Assembly (NCBI RefSeq): GCF_000270205.1
Contig: NC_015913.1
Span: 540,001-572,000 of the forward strand
Reading direction: 5' to 3'
From: Candidatus Arthromitus sp. SFB-mouse-Japan
Lineage (GTDB): Bacteria > Bacillota > Clostridia > Clostridiales > Clostridiaceae
DNA length: 32,000 bases
Positions 8,169-16,519 of this stretch are shown here, one piece after another; position 1 is the stretch's first letter; each line of letters starts with the position of its first letter. The translations under genes and the position numbers were made by a program. The notes beneath the pieces were generated by a model that did no database searches, was not told the DNA's origin, and saw only the letters and a list, made by a program, of their open reading frames with translations.

Positions 8169-9236
8169 ATGAGTAAGAAGATTATATTAACTGGTGGTGG
8201 GACGGCAGGCCATGTTATTCCAAATATTGCAATAATACCTAAATTAAAGGAAATTGGATATGATATTGTTTATATTGGAAGCAGGACTGGGATAGAAAAA
8301 GAGCTAATACAGGCACATAAAATTAAGTATTATGGTATAAGTACGGGTAAGCTCAGACGTTATTTTGACATGAATAATTTTAAAGATCCCTTTAGAATAG
8401 TTAAGGGTGTTTTTGAGGCAGTTAAAATAATGAGAGATGAAAAACCTGATATTGTATTTTCAAAAGGTGGATTTGTTGCTATACCTGTAATATTAGGGGC
8501 ATTTATAAATAAAATTCCTATTGTTTCTCATGAGTCAGATATCACTCCAGGACTTGCAAATAAAATTGCTATGCCTTTTATAAAAACTATATGTACGACT
8601 TTTCCAGAAACGGAGAGATATATTGGAAGTAAAAAAATTGAGCTTACAGGTACTCCAATACGGAAAGAACTATTTTTAGGAAGTGAAATAAAGGGGAAAG
8701 AAATTTGTAAATTTAAGAATAATAAGCCTATTATACTTGTAATGGGAGGAAGTCAAGGTTCTACTTTTATAAATAATTTAATACGTAAGAATTTGGATAG
8801 ACTTTTGGTTAAATTTAATATAATTCACATTTGCGGCAAAAATAATCTAGATAACAGTTTAGATAATAAGGAAGGATATATTCAAAATGAATATATTAAA
8901 TCTGAATTACCTCATTTATTTAAAATAAGTAGCTTAATAATATCAAGAGCGGGATCAAATAGTATATATGAAATACTTGCGTTAAGAAAACCTAACATAC
9001 TGATTCCATTATCAAGACGAGCTAGTAGAGGAGATCAAATTTTAAATGCAAAGTCTTTTTTTGACAGGGGATTTAGTGAATTTATAGAGGAAGAAGATAT
9101 AAAGAGTTTTGATGAATTAAATAATTTAATTAATAAGGTTTATGATAATAGAGAGATGTATATAAACAATATGAATATAAATTCTGATAATCCAATTAAA
9201 AATATAATTAATGTTATAGTTAAATATTCAAAATAA
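8169..9236 (+). CDS. murG: UDP-GlcNAc:lipid I N-acetylglucosaminyltransferase MurG
   Basis: 355 aa. N-terminal ILTGGGTAGHVIPNIAI, GGSQGS and a C-terminal ISRAGSNSIYE...P pattern are typical of MurG (GT28). Confidence 0.9.
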   Translation: MSKKIILTGGGTAGHVIPNIAIIPKLKEIGYDIVYIGSRTGIEKELIQAHKIKYYGISTGKLRRYFDMNNFKDPFRIVKGVFEAVKIMRDEKPDIVFSKGGFVAIPVILGAFINKIPIVSHESDITPGLANKIAMPFIKTICTTFPETERYIGSKKIELTGTPIRKELFLGSEIKGKEICKFKNNKPIILVMGGSQGSTFINNLIRKNLDRLLVKFNIIHICGKNNLDNSLDNKEGYIQNEYIKSELPHLFKISSLIISRAGSNSIYEILALRKPNILIPLSRRASRGDQILNAKSFFDRGFSEFIEEEDIKSFDELNNLINKVYDNREMYINNMNINSDNPIKNIINVIVKYSK

Positions 9237-9237
9237 G

Positions 9238-9276
9238 AAAGGAGAATTCAATTTTAAGTTGAATTCTCCTTTTATG
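9238..9276. terminator. Hairpin shared by the convergent murG and 9272-9856 genes
   Basis: 13-bp stem aaaggagaattca (9238-9250) pairs with tgaattctccttt (9260-9272), with a 9-nt loop. The T/A tracts are weak on both sides. Confidence 0.5.
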
Positions 9277-9856
9277 TTATAAAATTTTTATAGATACCAG
9301 ATGTCAATATATTTAAAAGTTTGTCTGAAACTATCATATACCACTGATTATTTTTTTTAGATAATTGTATATCTAATATGCTGGAAAATTTATATTTTGT
9401 AGATTTTAACGATTCTAAAAAAATTTCGTATTTATTTTCATCATCTGGAAAAGATGGATCATTTTTAAAAAAGTTTATTATGTGCTTAGCTATATCGTAA
9501 TATGTAAATCTTATTTTAAGTGTTGATGAGTTAAAAAATGTTTTTGAGGATAATATTTCGTAATCTATGTTGAACATCATATTTTGTATTTCGCTAATTA
9601 TTTCCATTTTACTCTCATTGTCTGATTGACTTAATACATTATCAAACACATGATTTATATTTGGTATAGAGATATTTAATAAATATTTATTGGCTTGTTC
9701 AATATCTTTTGAGGTATATGAATTAATAAAATTTTGAAATGTGATTTCACTATCTTTAGATATTGATAGGGAAAATAGGATAGCAAAACCTAAGACTATA
9801 GAAATTAGTATTACACAACAAAATTTTAATAATATATTTTTACTTGTAATTTTCAC
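9272..9856 (-). CDS. Hypothetical N-terminally membrane-anchored protein
   Basis: 194 aa with a GTG start after ACGGAG. One N-terminal hydrophobic helix (LLKFCCVILISIVLGFAILFSL). The rest is polar and matches no family I recognise. Confidence 0.55.
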   Translation of the reverse strand: MKITSKNILLKFCCVILISIVLGFAILFSLSISKDSEITFQNFINSYTSKDIEQANKYLLNISIPNINHVFDNVLSQSDNESKMEIISEIQNMMFNIDYEILSSKTFFNSSTLKIRFTYYDIAKHIINFFKNDPSFPDDENKYEIFLESLKSTKYKFSSILDIQLSKKNNQWYMIVSDKLLNILTSGIYKNFIT

Positions 9857-9905
9857 ATTACTCCGTCCTTTATATTAGATTATTTTAAAATTAAAAGGTG
9901 ATCTT

Positions 9906-11015
9906 ATGAAAAAGAATAACAAAAAATTAAAGAATTATACTGATAGAAAATTAATTAATTTAAGATTATTACAAATAAGGTTAATAAGTAGATTAAATGC
10001 ACCTGATTTGGAGTACAAGCTATATAATTTACAACAATTAATTACTATTCTTGAAGAAGATGAATTTTATGATCATAAATTAGGTAAACAATACTTAGAA
10101 GATATAAAAAATAATAATTTTAATTGCATTGAGCAGTTTAAAGAGGATAATTCAACTATAGATTTAAATTTTCAAAGTGATTTTAAAGAATTAACATATA
10201 ACCTTAGAAAGATAATTTACGATGGAAATTATGAAAAAGCAATAGAACTTGGAAATAAAATAGGAGAAATATATCAAAAAAAGGATTTAATATGGTTTTT
10301 AATAGCTTTATGTCATGACTTAAATGGTGATAAAGAAGAAAGTGTATTCTATTATAAACGATCTATATTGTTAAATGAATCAGAAGTTAAATATTATTAT
10401 TATTTAGCTAATGTATATATAGATATAGGGGATTTAGAAAATGCTAATAAATATATTTCGTATGCATTAAAATTAGATTGTGAAAGCAGATATATACTTG
10501 AATCCCATGCTTATATTTTATTACACAACAATCAGTATGATAGTGCAATTAGTATTTTTAAAGAATTTATGTCTGATACTGAACAGTATAAAAATGTCAA
10601 TAGAATAATTTCAATTATATATTTTTTGAAGGGTATTAATTATTCTTATAAATCAAAGGATGGATATCTTTATAACATAGATAAGAATGATACTTATAAT
10701 GTTATTGCGTGTATAGATAAGGCTATGGATTTTGATAGTAGCGATTTATATTTTAAGGAGCATATTGATAATGCAAGAAATTCTTTAAAAATGTGTTTTG
10801 ATTTAAAGAGAATATGGATTCTTTTGATAACGAGTTTATTTTATATATTAAATGTTCCTTTTATTAAAGTTTTAGTTATTATTATGTTGTTTGTTATATT
10901 TATATCTAGTTTTAAAATGGTATGTGTACTTGAAAGATTTAAAATAACAAATGATGGGAGTAAAATAGATAATTTCTGTGATAGAATAAATAAAGTATTT
11001 TATTTTAAAAGATAG
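9906..11015 (+). CDS. TPR-repeat protein with a C-terminal membrane segment
   Basis: 369 aa with RBS aaggtga. TPR-like helices (YEKAIELGNKI..., ALCHDLNGDKEESVFYYKRSILLNE, YYYLANVYIDIGDLENANKYISYALKLD). C-terminal hydrophobic stretch IWILLITSLFYILNVPFIKVLVIIMLFVIFISSF. Confidence 0.65.
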   Translation: MKKNNKKLKNYTDRKLINLRLLQIRLISRLNAPDLEYKLYNLQQLITILEEDEFYDHKLGKQYLEDIKNNNFNCIEQFKEDNSTIDLNFQSDFKELTYNLRKIIYDGNYEKAIELGNKIGEIYQKKDLIWFLIALCHDLNGDKEESVFYYKRSILLNESEVKYYYYLANVYIDIGDLENANKYISYALKLDCESRYILESHAYILLHNNQYDSAISIFKEFMSDTEQYKNVNRIISIIYFLKGINYSYKSKDGYLYNIDKNDTYNVIACIDKAMDFDSSDLYFKEHIDNARNSLKMCFDLKRIWILLITSLFYILNVPFIKVLVIIMLFVIFISSFKMVCVLERFKITNDGSKIDNFCDRINKVFYFKR

Positions 11016-11035
11016 TTGAAATTGGAGGTATCAAG

Positions 11036-11524
11036 TTGACTACATTGTATGAACATAATATATTGGGATCTAAGATTTCGATGATTAGTGCTATTTTTAA
11101 TATACCATTTCTTGTTGGAGAAGGTACAATCTGTTTATATGAGCAAGGAATAACTCTTTTAGATAAAAATGGCAATGAAAAATACATTATAGGATTGGAT
11201 GAATTAGTTATTAGCTATGAATCCTTTGTTAACACAAGAAATTTAAAATACATTTCTAATATAAAGTTTTTTACATATGATATTAGTTCTAAATTTAGAA
11301 ACTTAAATAAAAAACTTAAGCATGTTAATGGATCTTATTATGGTAAGATGGTAATAACAATATCTGAGATTGGTGAAGTAGAACTTTTTGATAATCAATC
11401 ATTTAAATATAGAAAGTTTTATAATCTTGTTAATGATTTAAAAAATGGAATTAGCCCTTTAAAAAATATAGAGGAACAAAAAGGAACGTTTTTATCAAAG
11501 TTATTTAAATATAAATTATTTTAA
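11036..11524 (+). CDS. Hypothetical protein
   Basis: 162 aa. TTG start 7 nt after GGAGG (11024-11028), 20 nt after the TPR gene stop, so likely co-transcribed. No recognised motif. A strong terminator follows. Confidence 0.5.
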   Translation: MTTLYEHNILGSKISMISAIFNIPFLVGEGTICLYEQGITLLDKNGNEKYIIGLDELVISYESFVNTRNLKYISNIKFFTYDISSKFRNLNKKLKHVNGSYYGKMVITISEIGEVELFDNQSFKYRKFYNLVNDLKNGISPLKNIEEQKGTFLSKLFKYKLF

Positions 11525-11559
11525 AAACTTTTGGCAAGTATTTGCCAAAAGTTTTTTTT
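11524..11559 (+). terminator. Rho-independent terminator
   Basis: 14-bp stem aaaacttttggcaa (11524-11537), loop gtat, ttgccaaaagtttt (11542-11555), with the T-run continuing to 11559. Confidence 0.85.
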
Positions 11560-11607
11560 ATAAAAAATGAATATTAATTTATTTAATTTTAAAAAATATT
11601 AAAGATT

Positions 11608-11994
11608 TTAATTATTAAGTTCAAATGAGTATGTACCAATACCATTATCGTATTTTAAATCTATGTAGTATATTTTTTCACTGTTAGGTTTAAGAGTAAC
11701 TTCTTCTTTTGAAGAAGAACTTATATGTAAATATTCTTTACCATCTTCATCTACAACAGTTATATATGTTTTACCTGTTCTAAGTTTTAATGAAGATTTT
11801 AGAGTAGATTCTTTTGAAATTGTGAATTTATAGGATTCAGTGCCAGAAAACTTTGAAAAATCTTGTGTTATTTGGGAATTTGGTTCTATTTCACCAATTA
11901 TTGTTCTTTTTGTTTTAGGAGCATTAGAACATGAAGTTAAGAAAAGAGTAAGTGTTACAATAAATGTCCCTAATATTAAGTGTCGTGATTTCAT
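11608..11994 (-). CDS. Small putative lipoprotein
   Basis: 128 aa. The signal peptide MKSRHLILGTFIVTLTLFLTSC has a lipobox-like LTSC. The mature part is beta-rich and polar. It is transcribed divergently from the giant-gene operon. Confidence 0.65.
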   Translation of the reverse strand: MKSRHLILGTFIVTLTLFLTSCSNAPKTKRTIIGEIEPNSQITQDFSKFSGTESYKFTISKESTLKSSLKLRTGKTYITVVDEDGKEYLHISSSSKEEVTLKPNSEKIYYIDLKYDNGIGTYSFELNN

Positions 11995-12110
11995 TATTGA
12001 ACTCTCCTTTTAAGTACTTTGGATTTAGTATTGCACAAAAATAGGAAAAATTTCAAACAGTTTTACGATTTAACAATTATTTTAAGAATTTAGGAAAGGA
12101 AGGAATTAAT

Positions 12111-15100
12111 TTGAATAATGGAGCTTTAAAAATTTTAAATTCAATATTTTTACTCTTGTTTGTGGTAAATTGCTTGGGATTTTCTAGTGCATATTCTAAA
12201 AATAAAGTAGTTAAACAATCGAGAGCATATGATTTGGAATTAAAGATTGATAATGTGAATTTCAATTCAGCTAAATTTAGTTGGGTATATCCGGAAGACA
12301 TTGAATTTACATTTGGAGATTACATAAGTTTGATTTTGATTAATGAAGAGAATGGAAGTCAAGGAGAAACTCCTATATTTTCTGTCATTCATGGTAAAGA
12401 TGAGGCAGATTTATCAGAGATTACAAGTTTTGAAATTAATTCACTAATACATTCAACAAAGTATCAGTTGAAATTAGAATTAAGCAAAATACAAGGGGAT
12501 TATTATTCTGTTGAGGAAAGTTTTGAAACATCTGATTTTGAAATATTTGATATTCAAATAGAGGGAGCAGAGGAGGGAGTAGTTAGAAATAAGCTATTGA
12601 AGGTTAATTGGAAAACAAATCCTGAAACAGTAGATTTTGGAGAAAATGATAAGGTTGAGATATTTTTAAAGAAATTAAGTGACAATGATTTTTCGAAAAA
12701 GCCAATTTTTTCATCAGATAAAGATGTTAAGAGTGCAGAATTTTCTCTCCCTGTGTTTGAAGAAATGTATGATTTCAAAATAGCGTATCGCTTGAAAGGA
12801 AATGTAATTTATAGTGATTTCTTTTACTGTGATTTAAAAAGTGGGGGAGCAATTCCTGAAATGCAAGATATAAAATCTTCATCGGCTAAGCTTACTTTGA
12901 ATTATCTGAATGAGGAAATGTTAACTGAAAATAGTAAAGTTAATATCTACATTAAAGAAGATAGGAATCTTGATTATAGTAAAGATCCGATTGTTTCATT
13001 TGATGGTAAGGAAGAGATTATTAAAAATAAAGAATATGTATTTAATAAACTTAAGTTTTCAACAAAATATTATGTTAAAGTTCAACTTGTTGTTGAAAGT
13101 TTTAATGAATTTGGAAAAGATATGCTAGCTATGGATGAGAATAGATGTGAGTTTGAAACGAAAAAATTTGATATAAAGGATTTAGTTTTTACTGATGGAA
13201 ATGAAAATATCTCAAAGCTTAGTTGGAATTTTGATGGTGAGGATATTTCATTTTCTGAAGGAGATAATTTGAAAGTTTACATAAAAGAGAGCTCAAAAGA
13301 TAGCTATTCAGAGGATATTTTAAAAGACAGTACTTTAAGTGTAGATGAATTATTGACAAAAAAAGAGTTGAATATTACGTTTCCTAAGTATGATACAAAA
13401 TATGATATCAAGTTAATTTATACTATTGGGGGTAAACAGCTTTCTAAATATTTAACTCATACTGTTTCTTTACCTAAAATTGATTTTGGAGTAAAGGTGT
13501 TAAGTGATGAAAGTTTGGAATTTAAATTTAATTTTGATCAAAATAAAACTAGGTTTGAAAAAAATGAGAATGATAGAATAGAAATTTTTGTTAAAAAATA
13601 TGGTGAAAAAGATGAGGCTTATAAGTCTATAACATTTAACGATGAGGAGTTAAATGATATGGAAGTTTCATCAAGAGAGGGAGAAGATGTAACTGAGAAC
13701 AAAATAGAGCGAAAATTGAAGATTGAAAATATTTCATCTGTTGTTAATGGAGCTTCGGGATCAAGAGAGGGAAGTCAGGATGAAGGAGATCAAGTTAACA
13801 GTAGTGGAGGAGGTCAAGATGATTCAAGTTCCACGCAAGAGGAGAAAAAGCAATATGATTTTAAAATCGTTGTAACAAAAGATGGGGCTTTGTTCCAAGA
13901 GAAGTTTTATAGAGTGTCAATGGAAAAGGATTCACTTCAAATTGTTGATGTGGTTTTTAAGAAGATAAATGAGAAAAAGGTTGAGACAAGTGTTGAGTAT
14001 GCACCTTATGATTATGATTTTAATGATAAGGTTGAATCGCTTAGTTATACAAAGGAGAAGAATTCATCTTCTAAAAGTAAAAATCCTGAATTTAAGAGGT
14101 CATCGAATAAGACTACATCAATAACTAATGATTTTAAAACAAATAACAAATTTGAGATAGAGTTTGAAGATTTCGGAGTTTATAAATTGAAATTTTCGTA
14201 TAAGATGAAGGAAAATGGAACTACAGATGGGGTTACTACTACTACTAGAAATTCAGAAAATCAGTTTAAATGTAACGAGATGGAAAAAATTTATGATAAT
14301 AAGTTTGATGTTTTTAAATTTGAGTTAGTAGATGATGTTTTTAATGAAATAAAATTAAATTTAAATTTTGTGAATTATTATAAGCCTAAAAATGGAGATA
14401 AAGTTGATATATTTTTCAAAGTAAGTGGTGATGAAAGTGAATCTGAATCCGGAGATGATAGTTTTAGTAAAGATCCATTAGTCACATTTGTTCATAAAGA
14501 TAATGAACTCAATTTAGTAAATATGGGAGCTTTTGATTTATCTGGACTTGATGCTGGAACTAAGTATACTTTTAGAGCGAAATTCACCGCTAAGGATCAT
14601 ATATCAAATGTGATACAAGAAGATAAAAATGCAGCTACTAAAGATATTAAAATTTCTAATTTGAGGATTGATCATGTATCTGACATAGTTGCATATGTAA
14701 GATGGGAGCTTGAAGAGGGATTTGAGTTTGGAGTTAATGATAAAGTGGATATTTTCTATAAAGTAGATGGAGAGGAATATCCAGAAGAAGCAAACCAACA
14801 GGAAGAAGATTTATATATTAGTGATGGAGTTATTATTTATTTAGATACAGTTGATACTCAATATAAAGTAAAGTTTATATTTAGGAGTGGAAGTAAAACT
14901 CTTGAGAAAGAAATAGATTTTAATAATAAAATAGATGATTTAGATGCCGAAATTACAGATGTTTATGAAACATCCACTTATATAAAATGGAATTATCCTT
15001 CTAATTATGATTTTACAGATGGAGAAAGTATTGCAATATTTATAAAAACAAAGGATGGAACTTATGATGAAGAGCCAGATTATTATGTTGAACAAAATGA

Positions 15101-16496
15101 AGAAGAGGGCGAGGATGTAAAAACATTTAAAAGTATTAAAATGACAAATTTGTATCCAAATACAGAATATGATGCAAAAATTTTATTAGATTTTGGGGAT
15201 GTAGGGAAGAAAGAAAAGGAAGTTAGTTTTAAGACTAAAGAAATTGATATGTTAAATATTTCACTTAAGGCGTTGTCTAATAATTTTTTTGATATAGGCT
15301 GGGAGTTTTCTTCAGATACACTTGATTTTGATGAATATGTGGATTCTTTAAATATATATAGGAAGCTTGAAGATGATGATTTTTCGGATTCTAATATTAT
15401 TTATAAAATTGAAAATGGTATTGATAAAAGAAATAGTATAAGACTTGAAGTAGATGATATTTATGAGAGTTATGATATTAAGATTGAATACAAATTTTTA
15501 TCTGGAAGTATAGAGAAAACGATTTCTGCAGGAGGGTTTCTTGCGGAGTTTGAAGGGGATACATCTAATTTGATGGTGAAATATCCTGAATCTTTAGTAT
15601 TTGAAAAAGGTGATTTTATAAAAGTTCTTGCAAGAGAAGGATTAGAGGGAGATTATGAAGATTTTATAAATATAGAACATTCATCTTCTGAAAATTTAAA
15701 TAAATTAGAAAATATAGAATTAGATAGTTTACTTAGTGGAACATCGATTATTTTGAGCATTAACAATAAAAATACTCAAGTTTTTCCTGTAGAGATTACT
15801 TATGAATATGAGGAAGTTGGAGATGAAGACGGGGGAGAATCAGAATATCCAGTTTTAGATATTGTAAGTGAAATGAAAGGAAATTGGGTAGATATAAGTA
15901 TTCCAGATGAATATGATATTGATACTTCATCAGAAGTTTTAAATAGCATTGGTGGTAATTCTTACTATGACCAATTAGAAGATGGAACGTATGTAATAGT
16001 AATAGATAGAATTGTACCTAAAAAAGTTTACTCTAATGTATTTGTTTTAACATCTGATATGAGTGGAAATGAAGTTAGGTTTGATATAGGTGAATTTCAA
16101 TTAGAACCATATAATTTGTTAGAAGATTTTCTATTTAACTCTTATTATTTTGCTTTTGATAGGGAACCTGATGAAAACGGATACAATTATTGGAAAGATC
16201 AACTTGAAGTAGAGGGAAATTTGTCAGGGAAGTATTTTCTTATTAATTTAATGTTTGCAGAAAGAGAGTTTGCAGATAGAAATCTGAGTGATGAAGATTT
16301 GATTAAAGCTTTATATCAAATTGTAGTTAACAGACAGTATGATACTGAAGGATTAAATTATTGGATTTATATGTATGGTGAATATTTAAATGAGTTCGGC
16401 GGTGATAAATATGAAGCGAAGAAAACTTTAGTTTTAAGGATGGCTTATGAACCTGAGTTCGGAAGATTATGTGATGAAATGGGAATAGCTTGGTAA
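12111..16496 (+). CDS. Giant secreted repeat protein 1 (1461 aa): leader, 11 beta-sandwich-like modules, pre-terminal module, DUF4214-like C-terminus
   Basis: TTG start after ggaagga. Hydrophobic leader ILNSIFLLLFVVNCLGFSSAYS. Modules span nt 12228-15815. The pre-terminal module is aa 1236-1333. The C-terminal domain (nt 16110-16493) carries the motif twice (YYFAFDREPDENGYNYW and LYQIVVNRQYDTEGLNYW) and ends MGIAW. Confidence 0.85.
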   Translation: MNNGALKILNSIFLLLFVVNCLGFSSAYSKNKVVKQSRAYDLELKIDNVNFNSAKFSWVYPEDIEFTFGDYISLILINEENGSQGETPIFSVIHGKDEADLSEITSFEINSLIHSTKYQLKLELSKIQGDYYSVEESFETSDFEIFDIQIEGAEEGVVRNKLLKVNWKTNPETVDFGENDKVEIFLKKLSDNDFSKKPIFSSDKDVKSAEFSLPVFEEMYDFKIAYRLKGNVIYSDFFYCDLKSGGAIPEMQDIKSSSAKLTLNYLNEEMLTENSKVNIYIKEDRNLDYSKDPIVSFDGKEEIIKNKEYVFNKLKFSTKYYVKVQLVVESFNEFGKDMLAMDENRCEFETKKFDIKDLVFTDGNENISKLSWNFDGEDISFSEGDNLKVYIKESSKDSYSEDILKDSTLSVDELLTKKELNITFPKYDTKYDIKLIYTIGGKQLSKYLTHTVSLPKIDFGVKVLSDESLEFKFNFDQNKTRFEKNENDRIEIFVKKYGEKDEAYKSITFNDEELNDMEVSSREGEDVTENKIERKLKIENISSVVNGASGSREGSQDEGDQVNSSGGGQDDSSSTQEEKKQYDFKIVVTKDGALFQEKFYRVSMEKDSLQIVDVVFKKINEKKVETSVEYAPYDYDFNDKVESLSYTKEKNSSSKSKNPEFKRSSNKTTSITNDFKTNNKFEIEFEDFGVYKLKFSYKMKENGTTDGVTTTTRNSENQFKCNEMEKIYDNKFDVFKFELVDDVFNEIKLNLNFVNYYKPKNGDKVDIFFKVSGDESESESGDDSFSKDPLVTFVHKDNELNLVNMGAFDLSGLDAGTKYTFRAKFTAKDHISNVIQEDKNAATKDIKISNLRIDHVSDIVAYVRWELEEGFEFGVNDKVDIFYKVDGEEYPEEANQQEEDLYISDGVIIYLDTVDTQYKVKFIFRSGSKTLEKEIDFNNKIDDLDAEITDVYETSTYIKWNYPSNYDFTDGESIAIFIKTKDGTYDEEPDYYVEQNEEEGEDVKTFKSIKMTNLYPNTEYDAKILLDFGDVGKKEKEVSFKTKEIDMLNISLKALSNNFFDIGWEFSSDTLDFDEYVDSLNIYRKLEDDDFSDSNIIYKIENGIDKRNSIRLEVDDIYESYDIKIEYKFLSGSIEKTISAGGFLAEFEGDTSNLMVKYPESLVFEKGDFIKVLAREGLEGDYEDFINIEHSSSENLNKLENIELDSLLSGTSIILSINNKNTQVFPVEITYEYEEVGDEDGGESEYPVLDIVSEMKGNWVDISIPDEYDIDTSSEVLNSIGGNSYYDQLEDGTYVIVIDRIVPKKVYSNVFVLTSDMSGNEVRFDIGEFQLEPYNLLEDFLFNSYYFAFDREPDENGYNYWKDQLEVEGNLSGKYFLINLMFAEREFADRNLSDEDLIKALYQIVVNRQYDTEGLNYWIYMYGEYLNEFGGDKYEAKKTLVLRMAYEPEFGRLCDEMGIAW
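12228..15815 (+). repeat. Array of 11 divergent protein-coding modules (94-151 aa each) within giant gene 1
   Basis: Module boundaries read from the translation: 12228-12533 (A), 12534-12839 (B), 12840-13163 (A), 13164-13472 (B), 13473-13925 and 13926-14285 (divergent, with low-complexity inserts), 14286-14642 (A), 14643-14930 (B), 14931-15239 (A), 15240-15533 (B), 15534-15815 (A-like). The repeats are visible at protein level only. The DNA copies are too diverged to be recent. Confidence 0.7.
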
Positions 16497-16519
16497 TTTT
16501 GTATTTATGGAGGAGAGGA

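Noticed and set aside
11005-11187. 60-aa minus-strand ORF spanning the junction of the TPR gene and the next gene.
   Set aside because: It overlaps two plus-strand genes that have good RBS signals, so it is a likely spurious shadow ORF.
16490-16519. Upstream ATG at 16490 as the start of giant gene 2, which would overlap the stop of gene 1. Similar extended track starts occur at 2651, 4569 and 29224.
   Set aside because: In each case a downstream ATG is preceded at proper spacing by a strong GGAGG-type RBS. For 16520 it also yields a proper leader sequence. The extra N-terminal residues (for example MVILYLWRRG) look non-functional.
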